Of a DNA stretch of 64,000 nt, positions 16,822 to 34,019 are shown in pieces; the stretch's first letter is position 1; each line of letters starts with the position of its first letter. A program made the translations under genes and the position numbers. This DNA comes from Vitrella brassicaformis CCMP3155 (Eukaryota > Protista > Chromerida): positions 1 through 64,000 of the forward strand of contig CDMY01000398.1 of assembly GCA_001179505.1 (NCBI GenBank), written 5' to 3'. The notes under the pieces were generated by a model. It was not told the origin of the DNA and did no database searches. It saw nothing but the letters and a program-made list of their open reading frames with translations.

Positions 16822-18912
16822 TCATACGGCACTGGCACTCCCGGCCAGCGCCTGCGTGTCGCGCGCATCGACGCCCTTCACCTCCCCGCCTTGCTGCTGC
16901 TCCATCCCCTTGTTAATTGCAGCGTACCAGCTGGATCGGCCGATGACTCGTATGTCGCAGGGCGGCAGCTGATCTGCCTGGGCGTCGTCGGCTGTCTTGC
17001 TGCCCTCAGACATTGCCGTCCCCTCCGATACTTTTCTTGGCGGCTTTGCTGCGCTCCTGTGTGCGGGGATGTTCATGTCGCAGTGCATGTCGTGCAGCGT
17101 GTCGTAGAAGGGCTTGCCCAGCGTGTCGGGCAGCCCAATGAAACCTGCAATAAATCGAAAGAGACACATATGACTTCCTTGGTGCTGCACGTTCCCCCCA
17201 TGCACCTGTGACGCCAGCAATCGTCGCCGTGAGGCCGAATATGAGGCTGGGAAGGCCGGGCGAAGCCACGCCTAGCGAGATGACTTGCGGGGCGGCAATG
17301 CCTGCACGCAACCAAACCAACAAGGGGACACACATGCAAGAGACACAAGGACATGCACAGGCAGGTTGTAAGTCTGAACCTAAGGATGCCCACCCACCTG
17401 CGACACGCGCTGCCGTGCTCATCATGCCCGTGGCCGTGCTCCTCACTGCACCAACACATATTTTGAATGGATAGGCTTGTCCATTGCTTCGATCGGTCGT
17501 TGCTTACATGAGGCTGGGAACATCTCGGCGGCATACAGGTAAATGCCGGCAAACGTCATGGACACGGAAAACCGCCCAAGCAGCGCCACGACCATAAGTC
17601 CCCATCCCCCGGGGCCCGCCAGCATGGCGCATCCCAGACAAAGGAGCCCCCCGAGGAGCAGTGAGCCGTTGACCACACCTTTTCTGCCGCCCAGTCGCCT
17701 CCAAGCCACGGCTTTCACGCCGAGTATGACGGCGGGCACCTCACACGCGCCGTTGATGAATGTGGTTATCTGGCTGGTGGGTCCGATTCTGCCCGCAGAA
17801 AGTGAGAGCCCGTAGTAGGCCATCGAGGTTGCGAACCAGGTCAGTAAGCTGACGTAGAGCCGCTCGGCGACGGGCTGCACCGTCAAAAGGCTCCAGACAG
17901 ATGATTCGCGGCCGGAGGGACGGGTGGGATGGGTGGAAGATGGCTCGCCTAGCGATGACGCTGTGGTGGCGTGGGCAATGGTGGTGGTGGTGCTGCTGCT
18001 GCGGCGGATACTGCTGCCCCTGGTGTTGTTGAGAAGGGAGGGCAGTGAAGCTGGCGAGACATGGGGCGGGAGGGATGTGCCGTTAATGCGGGCCATCGTG
18101 CAGAGGGCATCATACGCTTTGGCGTATCTCTTGGTCGCCGCCGCCCATCTGGGTGACTCCACAAACAGCGGACAAAGCAGCAACAGAGCCAGCAGGAACC
18201 CCGGCAAAGAGACAGCCAGTGTGAGCCACCGCCAAGACAATATGAAGTAGGACATCACCGCGACCAGGCAGCCCCCGACAGCGAATCCACAGTGGGTGAG
18301 AATGGTGATGAATAGCCGCTTGTCCGCACACACAACCTCGCTGTTGAGGATATAGACGCTCAAGCCGAGCCCGCCGATGCCAATCCCAGTCCCGGCACGC
18401 AGGACGACGTAAGCGACGAAGGACCGGGCGACGGCAGATCCGACCCCACAGAAGGTGACGAAGGCCAGCGACACGATATACGCGGGTTTTCTTCCCAGAT
18501 GGTCCGCGAGGTATCCTATGGCCAGCACGCCGATAAGGAATCCGAGGAAAAATGCGGAGGACGCCATCTGTGCGTCGTAGAACACGGAGCCCCTCCTGCT
18601 GCAGTAGCCGAGGTCCCACTCTGAGACCACAGTGGAGCGGTCCTCTGACCCATACCTGAGACACACACACAGAAAGGAGACCGCCCAGACGAGTGCATGG
18701 CGCATGCCGATCTTCTTGGTGGCTGTGCATTCCACTCTTCCAGTCACGTGAAGGTATGAGCGCAATCTGTCTGCTCGAGGATCTCTCCATGGCGACATCC
18801 CGCCGGATCGTTGGATGGATTGTGGCAGATTCTGGGCGGCTCTTCGGCCATGAATACGAGGCTGATGGCCTGTGCCCCCACCAGAATCCATGGTGGCGTG
18901 TCGATTACCCAT
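16822..18912 (-). CDS. MFS transporter, organic cation/sugar porter-like (SLC22 type)
   Basis: TVVSEWDL, motif A (GYLADHLGRK), SEVV...R, ESPRW, GRFSVSMTFAGIYLYAAEMFP, and C-terminal FIGLPDTLGKPF (LPET-like). The start codon is uncertain. Confidence 0.9.
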
Positions 18913-19080
18913 GAGAACCCCCGCTGGAACGCGCCGTACGAACCTGATCGGCCACGAAGATCCAAAGTGACAGCAATTGTGAATGGTTTCTGCATACCAA
19001 TCGCCTCAATGATGGCCTCCATCGGAAAGAGAGAGCGGTTTCTTGGCTGCGAGCTGGTCGAGACCGTCAAGAAGGTTTGG

Positions 19081-19093
19081 GGTTTCAGGGTTT
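19081..19093 (-). promoter_or_regulatory. Telo-box-like motif (AAACCCTGAAACC on the minus strand) between the divergent MFS and hydrolase genes
   Basis: ggtttcagggttt is also found at 40762-40774 in another divergent promoter. Function is inferred. Confidence 0.3.
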
Positions 19094-19167
19094 GAGACCC
19101 AACAAACCGTTACCCTTACCCTCCCCTCCTGTTTTTCGAAGATCAGCTTGGCTATGATGAGGCTTGA

Positions 19168-20872
<1,705 letters not shown>

Positions 20873-21408
20873 TGATCGACGCAGGCAGTGCAGTGCAGTC
20901 GCTGGCGGCCAGTGAGCTCACCCTGCGTGGTGGGTGGATGGATGGATGGATTCATTCACTCACGGCATGCATGCCCGCAAGTAACATAACCCTTCTGGGT
21001 GCATTTGATGATATGACGCATTTAAGCGGATACACCGATGCGTCCGTCCAATGCATCAAGAGTCCTCCTTCCTACCCCAAACATACGACAAAATAAGTAA
21101 TGCAAAACGTCTCGCCAAGACCCGGCCGGCTGTAACAAACACGTGGAAACATGGCTGGCTGCACGAAAGCATGCAGGGGTCATTCATCTACAGGACAACG
21201 TACGTCAACACGACAGGTGGGGGGGATGGCTACATACAATGAGTGTGTGGATGGATGGATGGAGCACACAACAGAGCGACAACAAACAACACGAGAGCAT
21301 AGGACAGGACAGACACAATCAAGTCATGAACGTACACGTACACTCATTCAATCCAGCCCCATCCCTCTCCCGCCTCTGTCCCTCATTCCCTGCCTGCCTG
21401 TCTGTCTG

Positions 21409-23024
<1,616 letters not shown>

Positions 23025-23834
23025 TTCTCTCACGATGCAAGAGGCGCCGCAGTGATCCGGATGCCTTCAAAACTTGCACTCCTCCTCCAATCGAGCGCTG
23101 CCTTCAACAGAAATGGCCTTGCCACCCGTCTGATTCACTCTGGCAGCGGTCGGTCGGTCGGTTAAGGGTTTGACGAGACACCTGTCCCTAAGCGCGGCGG
23201 CTCACGTGTCCTTTCAGATCTCGTCATCCCCACAGCATCGAGGTGAGGAAGCACCCACAGACCCATGGGTCATCGAGGAAAGATGCTTTCTTTCATCTTG
23301 TTCTGGATCGCATGCCTTTCATTCATTGCAGCTCGTCTGTCGGAACCGCCCACAGCAGGCCCAACCAGAAGGCGATGGCCGGCAGCCTCACTCACGAGTG
23401 TGCTGGGATGATGCATGGATTTCTGCAGCGTTTCCGTGTTGCTGGGCTGCGGCAGACACACACACTCCTGACCCCTATAAGTATAAGTGCTTAACACACA
23501 CACAAAGACACACACAAGTCTCCCAAGAGTCTGTCATGAAGAATGAAAAATCCTCAGCACACATACGGACATGCACAGCACACATACGTAGTGCTCCCGA
23601 GCAGGCTGAAAGGCCGGCAGTGTCTAGCAGATAGTACAGATAGATACACGTCTTATCTCATGAATTAAACGCCTTACAGTACGCACATGCCCACCCGTCT
23701 CACGCCAGCCCCCCGGACACTCACTCTTGCGGAAAAGAATCCATAAAAAAGCGCTTGATTGAGTGTATGTTATGTGCCATCGGACCATTCGCCCGTACAC
23801 ACTCTCAGCAAGCCAGCCAGCCACGTGGGTAGGT

Positions 23835-26800
23835 TCATTTGGTGGGTGGTGTGGTGAGTTTCTTGGCCTCTTGTATGAGTGTGTGGACCACCTGGTCGCC
23901 CCCCTCGCCAAGAGTCGACAGGTCACCCAGACTGTCGGTCTCGGAGGCGGCTATTTTGCGCAGCAACCGACGGATTATCTTGCCGCTGCGCGTCTTGGGC
24001 AATGTGGGCGTGATCAATCTGAACATGCACACACACACACACACACAAAACACAGAGAGAGAAAGAGAGAGAGAGATCCGTGTGTGTGGTCTGGGGGAAG
24101 GTGCAAGTACATGTAGTCAGGTGTGGCGATTGGTCCGATCTCTTTGCGCACGATGTCGCGCAGCTCCTTGGTCGTCCCGGCGTGCACCTCATAGTCACCC
24201 TGATGCACACACACACAAAAGGCATCCATCCATCCATCCATCGGGCCCGCCCGCCCTCCCCCTTGTCGGTGCGTACGTTCATGGTGACGAAGCAGAAGAG
24301 TCCGGTGCCCTTGACGCTGTGTGGGTAGCCGACGACGGCAGCCTCTGAGCAGCCCTTGTGCTGCACCAGTGCGTGTTCGACCTCTGCACTGCCCAGCCGG
24401 TGGCCGCTGACATTGATGGTGTCGTCCACACGGCCGGTGATCCAGTAGTAGCCGTCCTTGTCGCGCACACACCCGTCGCCCGTGAAGTAGTAGCCCGGGT
24501 AGGGGCGCAGGTACACGTTCAGCAGCCGCTCGTGGTCGCCATACACCGTCCGCATCATACCTATACACACGCACACACACAGAAAGAACAAACAGACAGA
24601 GAGAGAGAGCGTGTGTGTAGGGGCAGGGGGGAGGGTGTTCCTTCCCCCCTGGCTCGCTCACCAGGCCAGGGCCTTCTGAAGCAGAGGACGCCGTTGACGT
24701 TGTTGCCATGCAGCGGCTTGCCGGTCTTACTGTCCAGGATCACCGGCTCCACACCGAAAAACGGACGCTGGGGCACCGACCAATTATCCACACACACACA
24801 CACACAGTGACGATTCTTACACGAGTGCAGGACGCGTCTGTGTGTTGTGTTGTGTGTGTGCCTACCGTTGCCGAGCCTGGTTTGCATTTGATGGCGCCGG
24901 GCAGAGGCGTCAGCATGTGACCACCTGAGGATACACACACAAAGGGTTTAGGAGCTGTCCGTCTGGTGTGTCTGTTGGAAACTGTTTTCCCACACCCTCG
25001 CACACGTACCTGTTTCGGTTTGCCAGTATGTGTCGACGATGTCACAGCGACTCTTGCCAACCACCTCGTAGTACCTGCGCGTGTGGGCGCACACACACAC
25101 ACACACACCACAGACAGATGGCCATTCTCGCAATGGATTCGAGTGTGTGTGTGTGTGTGTATGTGTGTGTGTGTATGTGTGTGTATGTGCGTACCACCTC
25201 CACGCTTCGGGACTGTCGGCGATGATACACACACACACACACACAAATGACGGCACACATTGGAATGAGGTGGGTTGCCATGAGGCACATATAGGCACAT
25301 CACACGTGGGTACTTGATGGGCTCTCCGACGGTGCCCAGGACCCGCAGGCTCGACAGGTCATGGTTCTCCACCCACTCAGTGCCGTGAATCATCAACGCC
25401 CTGCACAGACAGACACCACACCATAGCAACAGCAACAGCACCAAACATCCGTCGACACACACATGAGCAGACGAGCAGACCGCTTCAGGTCACCCACCTG
25501 ATGGCCGTCGGTGCCGTGTAGAACTGAGACACACGCCACCGCTCACACAACTGCCTGCACCCATGCACACGACATGTCCACAGCAACATGACACACAAAA
25601 ATCCCCCACACACGTGTGCAATACCTCACCAGTATCTCGATGGGTTCGGGTGCATGGGCACACTCTCGAACACCACGGTGGTGGCGCCGTTGCAGAGCGG
25701 CCCGTACACGATGTAGGAGTGCCCCGTGATCCACCCGACGTCAGCCACACAGGCGTGGATGTCGCCAGGGTGGAAGTCAAACACTGATGGATGGACCACA
25801 CACATATACACCTCACAGTCGTCCATCCATGAGTGTTTGGCATGTGTGTCGGTGTGCAGACAGACAGAGACAGAGACAGACGTAGGTACCTACCTACCGT
25901 ATTTGAACGTGAGTGCCGTGTAGAGGAGGTAGCCGGCCGACGAGTGAGCGATACCCTGGTCACATACACGGGATGTGTGTTGTGTCAGCACACATGGACG
26001 GATGCCGTGCGTGTGCACCACCGCCCACCCAACCTGGGTACCCACCTTGGGTTTGCCAGTGGAGCCCGACGTGTACAGCTGATCGAAGCAATCCATCCAC
26101 ACACACACAGNNNNNNNNNNNNNNNNNNNNNNNNNNNNNNNNNNNNNNNNNNNNNNNNNNNNNNNNNNNNNNNNNNNNNNNNNNNNNNNNNNNNNNNNNN
26201 NNNNNNNNNNNNNNNNNNNNNNNNNNNNNNNNNNNNNNNNNNNNNNNNNNNNNNNNNNNNNNNNNNNNNNNNNNNNNNNNNNNNNNNNNNNNNNNNNNNN
26301 NNNNNNNNNNNNNNNNNNNNNNNNNNNNNNNNNNNNNNNNNNNNNNNNNNNNNNNNNNNNNNNNNNNNNNNNNNNNNNNNNNNNNNNNNNNNNNNNNNNN
26401 NNNNNNNNNNCCCCCCCCCCCCCCCCCAAACAGCCCTTGAACTGAATGTCAGTTGGCCCGATACCCATCCATCCATCCATCCGTCTGTGTGTGTGTGCTG
26501 ACCATGAAGAGAAGGTCTTCGCTGTCCATGATCTCCAGCGGGCAGTACGGCCGCATGCCGTCCTGCACCACATCGCACGTATGACATGACATGAACGAAT
26601 GGATCTGTGTGTGGGTGACTCCCTCCCTCCCTCCCTCCTTCGTGTCGGCTGGATGCATCTGTCTGTCTGCGTGCCCACCAGCATCTCGTGACCCCACACG
26701 TCACGGCCCTCGATCCAGTTGATGGCCTGACCTGCACAACATGACACAACACAACACAACACACCCATGGAGGCGTTGCAATGCACCGGATGGCCGCCTG

Positions 26801-28276
26801 TCCTTCGTTCGTTCGTCCGCTCACCTTGGTGCTGGAAGACGACACACGTATCGACGAGTGGGCATTCCTTGAGGGCCTCGTCCATGATGTTCTTGAGGGG
26901 GATGATCTTGCCGCCACGGATGCCCTGGTCAGCAGTTATCACCTACACACCACACACACCAACACAACACATCAATTACACCACACAAGAATCCATCTCT
27001 CTCTCTCTCTCTCTGCGTGTGTGTCCGTGTGTGGATTGCGTACGATTTTGCAGTGTGCGTCGATGAGTCTGTCTCTAAGATTGGGTGCAGAGAAGCCGGC
27101 AAACACGACGCTGTGGATGGCGCCCAGCCGCGCACACGCGAGCATGGCGTAGATGGTCTCGGGGATCATGGGCATGTAAATGCCGACGGTGTCGTAACGA
27201 CGCACCCCTGACAGACAAACAAACGAACCAACGACCCACACATGTCTGTCTTGTGTGGATGTGTCACACAGGGTGGTGTGGTGTGGGTGCAGTGCACCGA
27301 CCGAGTCGTTTGAGCATGTTAGCGAATTTGCAGACCCTGTTGAGGAGGGCCTTGTAGGTGATGGTCTGTGTGTGTTGGGGGTCGTCCCCCTCCCAAATGA
27401 TGGCGATGCGCTCGGGAGCCACCTCTGCCCAGCGGTCCACACAGTTGTCGCATACCTGACAGACAGGCAAAGCATAATTCATGGGATGGATGGGACGGAC
27501 GGCAGCACAGCGAGCACAACAACACAACACAACACAGCTGCATGTGAATCTATCTGTGTGTGGGGTCGCGCCTGTCTGCATATATTTGTGTGTCTGTTTG
27601 TGGAATGTTGGTTTACACACGTTGAGTTTTCCGTTGATGAACCAGCTCACGTCGCCCTCCGGGTGCATGTCGCTGCACCACACACACACACATGCACACA
27701 TGTACACCACACTGTGTGTGTGTTGGACTGCGTGTTGGTCTGTCTGCTTTGCTTTGCTTTGCTTGAGGGTATGGATCTTTACCCGCCCTGGACTTTAGTA
27801 AATGGGTGTAGCCATCTGAGTGTGCTCATGGCGATGTCCCGCCAGAAGTTGTCGCTGTCCTTGATGCTGCGGTGGTACATCTGCTCGTAACACTCCTGCA
27901 ATGCAGTAAATAGATGCGCACACACGGCCACAGACATGCACTCAGAACACACACGTGCATCTGTGTGAGCGTGTGTGGTGTGTGTGTATGTGGGAGAGAA
28001 ACCGAGAGTTGACTGACCATGCTGTAGATGTGGCAACGCTCCTTGTTCTGCAGGCCAACCAACAGCCCAGCCATATGGGCAATCAATCAAATCAAAACAC
28101 AGACAGACAGACCTTCTGCGCTGCGCATCCTGACTGACCTGCAGCGATATGTTGTAGACTTCGTCCACAGGCAGCGCCGCTGCCGCCTGTGCAATGGTGT
28201 CGACGTGCTCGATGGAGGGCGGCGGGCTGCGCTCCCGAGTCACAGACGGACTGCCGGAGTGCTCCGTTCGCGGCAT
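23835..28276 (-). CDS. acs: Acetyl-CoA synthetase (AMP-forming), multi-exon, spans an assembly gap inside an intron
   Basis: [128 protein letters not shown]. Confidence 0.96.
26111..26410. other. Assembly gap (300 N) followed by a poly-C run, within an acs intron
   Basis: Run of N. The flanking exons EDLLFM|LYTSGSTGK join without missing coding sequence. Confidence 0.98.
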
Positions 28277-28501
28277 CTTTATTTCCTTGTTTCCCTTTCT
28301 CTCTGTCTGCCTCCGAGCCGCACAGAGATGAGATGCCGAGATGGAATAGAGGACAGTGATGGAAACCCGCCCAACTCAGTCACAGAGGCTGAGCGAGACT
28401 CAGATCACCGGATGGGATGCGCCTGCTCCCCGTCAGGCCGTCACACAACACACTGCGAGCCGGAGATCTCCGCAAGCTCGCCATTGAGGAAGAGCACAGC
28501 G

Positions 28502-29520
28502 ATGGGGGATTCCAGGTATCACACGCGCCTCTCGGTGCACTGCATTGCACTGCACTGCATCTGTGATGCACTCACTGATGTGTTTGTTTGCGTTGTATTG
28601 CTTCGTCAGTTTGTCGGAGCAGATAGTGAAGGAGTCGGCTGAGTGTCTGAATGAGAGCAGCAGCCACCCCCTGTCGATGATATGGGGCGAGAAGAGCCAG
28701 TACCTGGAGAGCGAAGATGACCCAAACCTCCTCATCAAGCTGCCTTTCAGGTCGGTCAATGCGCTGCACAGCCCTCCATCTCTTTGTGCACTGCAAGAGG
28801 GTCTGTCTGTCTGTTTGTCTGTCTGTCTGCCTGTCTGTCTGCCTGTCTGTGTGCCGTGCGTGGCGGTGCGTGGCGGTGCGTTGTGTGTGTGTGTGCAGGC
28901 AGCCGGTGCGCATCACGGGCATTCGAATCGACGCAGATGCTGAGGACGGCACGGCGCCACAGACGTAAGAAAGACACACAAGAGTGTGCTTATGCGCTAC
29001 AGATAATTAAGTGTGTGTGCGTGCAGCATCAAGATCTTTCGTGACCAGCCGAGCCTGGGGTTCATCGAGGCCGAGTCGGACACGCCCACCGAGCAACTCG
29101 CCCTCACGACAGAACAACTCGGCACCGTGGTCAGTCGGAACGGCATACACACAAAGCCATCCGGGTGCGGTGAACGTGTGTTTTCTGTGTGTGTGTGTGT
29201 GTCCGTGTGTATGTGTGTGGTGTGTGTGTTTGCTCAGCGTCCTTTGCGTGCGCCTCGCTTCACCAACGTGACGCAGATCTGTGTGTTCGTCGAGGACAAC
29301 CACGGCGCAGACACCACACGCATCAACAAGCTAGAGCTCCTCGGTCAGACAGACAGACAGATAGACAGACAGAGAGTCAACCGGCCCCCATGACGGATAC
29401 ACCGTGTGTGTGTGTTTGTGTGCATGTGTCGTGTGTGCAGGCAGTGTGCCTAAGGACATGGACATGAAGGAGTGGACGCCCAAGCCGAAAGAGGGCGAGC
29501 AGATCGCACCCGGACACTGA
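28502..29520 (+). CDS. PITH-domain protein (PITHD1/TXNL1 C-terminal-like), 6 exons
   Basis: MGDSS|LSEQIVKESAECLNES...YLESEDDPNLLIKLPFR|QPVRITGIRI...APQT|IKIF...SLGFIEAES...|RFTNVTQICVFVEDNHGADTTRINKLELLG|SVPKDMDMKEW...PGH*. Confidence 0.9.
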
Positions 29521-30523
29521 CTGATATGACGGAGCCAGCCAGCCAGAAACACACACACAGGCAGTCCGTGTAGGAGAGCGCCAGAGGGACGACTGCTGTT
29601 GGTCTGACGCTGCATGAATGCCTCGCCGTGCCGTGCCGTGCCGTGTGCGGTTTTGTCGGTGATCATGATGAGTGTATTTAAGTGACGGCTTCCTTCCACG
29701 CGATCTTCCTTCACTGCTGATTGATTGATTGATTGACTGACTTATCGCTTGCAACACGAACAGACGTCCATTGCTGTCCACACACAGATACACACACACA
29801 TGCACACACATACTACACAGACAGACAGAGATGCTACGTGCCCACATACATCGGCCTACAGAGATGGGATCGACGAGCCACTCACTCACTGCCTTACTTA
29901 TGATTGATTAAATTTGCCTCAATCAATGCTCTCGCTTAGCTGCCACGCTCACAGAGCACTGCTGACTACAAACATAGGTATCTAGGTGTGTGTATTCTAC
30001 AGAGAGATGATATAATAGACACCCACCAAAAACTGTTGACACACATGAACGAACGAAGCGATGGAGGGATGGACAACAAACACAAACAAACACAACTGCT
30101 GGCTCCTCCCCTTGGCCTCCGCTCTCCTCTGCTGTGCGACTCTTTGTCACATAAATGTGCGCACACATTCAGACATACATACACACAGCTCCCTCCCTCC
30201 CTCTTCGATTGCTCTCATACACAGAGGCCGCCCCATCACATCACTCACGCCCTCTTACTCAATTGCGGCCATGCCATGCAGAGCAAAGCTATCCCCTCCT
30301 TATCAATGGCGTCACTCACTCACTCACTTATTGCGCATCGGTATCTCAGGGCTGAAACACACTCACAGAGAGAGAGAGCACAGCACATCAACAGGAAACT
30401 GCATGCGGCAACAGGCTGCCTGTCCGTCGTCAGTCTGTCGAGATGCTCACCCGTATTTCAGTGCATTCTCTGCATGGATGGAATGGATGGATGGATGGAT
30501 GGACCACATAACACAACAGGAAG

Positions 30524-30776
30524 TCAGTGTGTGGGATGATTCATGGCCTTCCTTTGTTGTCTCCCGTCGTGTTGCCTACCGATGGCCGAGATGGCAGCCA
30601 TGGCCATGGCGCACGCCACCATGCCGCCGCCCGAGTACCAGGCCATCTTCCCCGCCAGGCGGGACGCACCGATGATGCCCAGCAACACACCCACACGCAG
30701 ATATCCTTTCAACGAACTACACACACACACATACACACACACACAAGCAGGTCCGCACGAGACAGCCGCCCGCATC

Positions 30777-30807
<31 letters not shown>

Positions 30808-33163
30808 CGGGTTACTTCATGGTTTTGAGGGCTTTGAGGCATTGTGTGCAGTGTATGATGTGGCTGTCCACGTGGTTCAGCAACTCGCTGCGAGGCGTGA
30901 GCCTGCACACACCACACATGGACGATACACGTACACACGTGCGGCACGGATTCGTGTGTGCGTCGTCTCGATGGTGTGTCATGTGTGTGTGACTCTACTG
31001 ACTTGGTGAGTCCTTCGAGCGGCTCGAAGCCCCACGGACCGTTAGACCCCCACTTCTTGACCCACTGATGGATGGATGGATACATCAGTGGGCTTTCCCG
31101 ATTGCCTGCTCACCGTTCTGAATTGTGCGACGTACAGGTCGGTGGCTGTGGGCAGGTAGTAGTTCTGCGGCAGCTTCCCCGGACCACCCGCGGCGGCGAT
31201 GCGGCGATCCTGACACAACAGTGACATCAGCAGCACCAGCAGCATCAACCATTTCTGCCATTCTTTCTTGACGCTGCTCTACCCCTCCCCACACCAGCCC
31301 AGCCCACCCATTCAGTTCGTCACTCATTCACTCACCTGCACATGCAGAAAGATGTTGTCATCGTCGAGCGATCGCAGCGCCTAAACACATACAGGGACAC
31401 ATGGAAGAGCACATGCATCCATCCCTCCATTCGCACACACACGCGCACATGGAGATGTATTGTTGGCTAGATCGATGGATCAGTGTTGTTGTTGTATATC
31501 GGCTCAACGTGTGTGTGCAGCAGCGGCTGTATGCCTCAGCCCTATCATCGGTCACATCATCTCTCACTATCTCTCTCTCCGGTCTATACCACATGTGCAT
31601 GCGTGTGTGTGTGTCTCACGAATAGGTGGACGAGCCAGAGGGGCACTCGCCGCAGCAAACCCACCACCGGGCCGCCGTTGTCAAACTGTGTCCACAGATG
31701 GACATAAGAGAGAGAGAGAGACCGTCTTTCATCCATCCCTGCCATCATGGCCTGTGAAGGTCTGGCTGCACATGCGCACCTTGACAGTGATTCGTCCGAT
31801 GATCCTGGCGCGTCCCGGCTCCATCGGCACACAGTAGTGTAGCGCCGTCAGGGAGTACCCCTTACGCGTGGCGTTGTGGTGCTGATACATCGGACTGCAC
31901 ACAAAACCCACAGACAGACACACACACACAAACAACCATCTTTCCACTCCCCCCACCCTCCCATTGCAAACACACATGCCTACGCGCGGAAGACCGTCTC
32001 GACTCGCTCCTCGCTGTCCTCATAGACGCCCTCAAAGCCGCGCTCGGATGCGGGCCTTGTCATCCGCAGTGGCAAATGTTTGGCCTTCTTTCGACTCGAC
32101 GCACTCCCGTGGTGCGTAATGGGTACGTGGCTCTGATCGATGAGGTTTTCAAACAGCGTCGCGTAGTCATACGGCACGTCGCGGAACGAGTCGAATGTCA
32201 CGGCGTTGGGCTGCTCGCTGTCCACCGTCTCGCTCGTCAACATGGCCGGCCATCCTGCCTCTGCCCCTCCCCCGTGCTGCTGCTGTGTGTCGGGTGTGGG
32301 CCTCACCCAGACGAGCCCCTGCTGCTCCTGGCAGGGGAAGATGGTGGCGCACGCACGAGTGCCGATGGGCAGGGGGGTGTCTGGCTGGGCCTGGGGGATG
32401 GCCGTGCAGCCGCCGGTAGAGCCCTCGAAGCGCCAGCCGTGATATGGACACCTGCACACATCCACCCACACACACACAGGGAGGGTCGTGCCTGCCTCCT
32501 AGGCAGCCTGCTGTCTCTGTTGGCTTACTCTACGTTGCCCTCGACGATTCGTCCCTCGCTGAGGGGCGCCATGCGATGCGGGCACCGATCCAATGCACAT
32601 CGCCACTGCACTCACGCCACACCACAGCCAGGGGGGTATTCATCAACACACCCATGTTTGGCCCACGGTCTGTGTGTGTGAGAATACCTCTTGTTTTGGT
32701 TCGTCCCACCAGATGACCAGTGGTTGGTTTAGCAGAGTGAAGCTGAAAGGCCGCTCCTTGTCAGTACACGACACCGGCGCGATGGGATACCTATGTCAAA
32801 CAACACACACACACGCACTCCTCCAGCAGGATGCAAATGTCCTTTTGAGACTCTGCGGCTGACCGACCAGTGTGCCATCCAGTCGAACGACGGTGCCGCC
32901 CTGCCACTGTCAGGCACATCTACCACCTCGTGGAGCTGGATGCCGCCCGTCGGCACACCCACATCCACCACGCTCGACGCCACGGAAGCAGATGCACTCG
33001 CATCCAGCGGCCCGCTGACTCCATAGCGATGCCTCATGCCTTTCAAGAGCCCACCGCCTGTCTTTGATGGTGACGGCGAAGGGAACAGGCGGCCGTGCGG
33101 CTGCAGCGCCCGCAGACGGGCGCACAGAATGCATGACAGCACCACTGCCAAACAGAGCCTCAT
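30524..33163 (-). CDS. Plastid-targeted Rieske non-heme iron oxygenase, PAO/Tic55/PTC52 family
   Basis: Signal peptide MRLCLAVVLSCILCARLRA plus transit-like region; FDWMAHWYPI; Rieske motif DRCPHRMAPLSEG...ECPYHGW; mononuclear iron site ENLIDQSHVPITHH; C-terminal HIIHCTQC and TM helices. The last exon is uncertain. Confidence 0.88.
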
Positions 33164-34019
33164 GGCTGGCTGCCAAACTCAGCTTTGCGGGCAGCTTGAT
33201 GCGACTGAGTGGACGTGTGAGCGGTTGTGAAGCACGTCAACAGATAGATCTATTCAGCGGAACGTGGCAGGACGGGGGAAGATTCGCACATATGAGCTCG
33301 CAAGCGATCAAATGGTGGCTCATGATAATTCATTGCAGGTCATTCGTGTGTATGCAGCAGACGATACACGAGATATATGCACCCGTCTGTCTGTCTGTCT
33401 GTCTGTCTGTTGTTATGTCTGTCTGTCTGTCTCCCACCAGACACACCAGCCGTGATGAAACTCATCAATCTCCATCTGAATGAGCACGGTGCTCTTTGAG
33501 TCTTGAAGTGGTACAAAAGGTCTTACACGTCATACATGCACAAAAGCACGAATAAGCACGAGTCACAGAACAGGCCATGCACGTCAACGCAGGCGGCAGG
33601 ACACGCAGATAGGGACATACATCGAGGCAGTCATTACAGTACCCTTTCTCCCTCCCCCAAAGCACTAGATGGATGAGTACACGATGACATATAGCATGCA
33701 CACACGGCTTTATCTACACAGTATCAACACAAAGCCTCACAGTGCAGGCATTCACATCCATGTGTATAAGGCAAGGTGTACACCTTCACACCAGTGCAAA
33801 AGCATGTATCGTGTGCAGATACGATTCTTAAAGGCACACCAGCACGCAAAAGCCTCCCAGACACAGCCGCACATCGAACTACGTGTGACACCCAAGTACA
33901 GGATTGCATGTTATACGACAGACACAAATTGCACGTACACGACAGACGACACAAGCATGCACATCAACAGCGTCCCACCGCCAATTTGGGCCACAGCAAT
34001 GCCCTACGTCTGCACCACT

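Noticed and set aside
25833-26942. Long ORFs running through X residues
   Set aside because: Artefacts of the 300-N gap.
33465-33701. Cys-rich 78-aa minus-strand ORF
   Set aside because: No recognisable zinc-finger spacing or splice support; most likely the 3' UTR or intergenic region after the RING gene.
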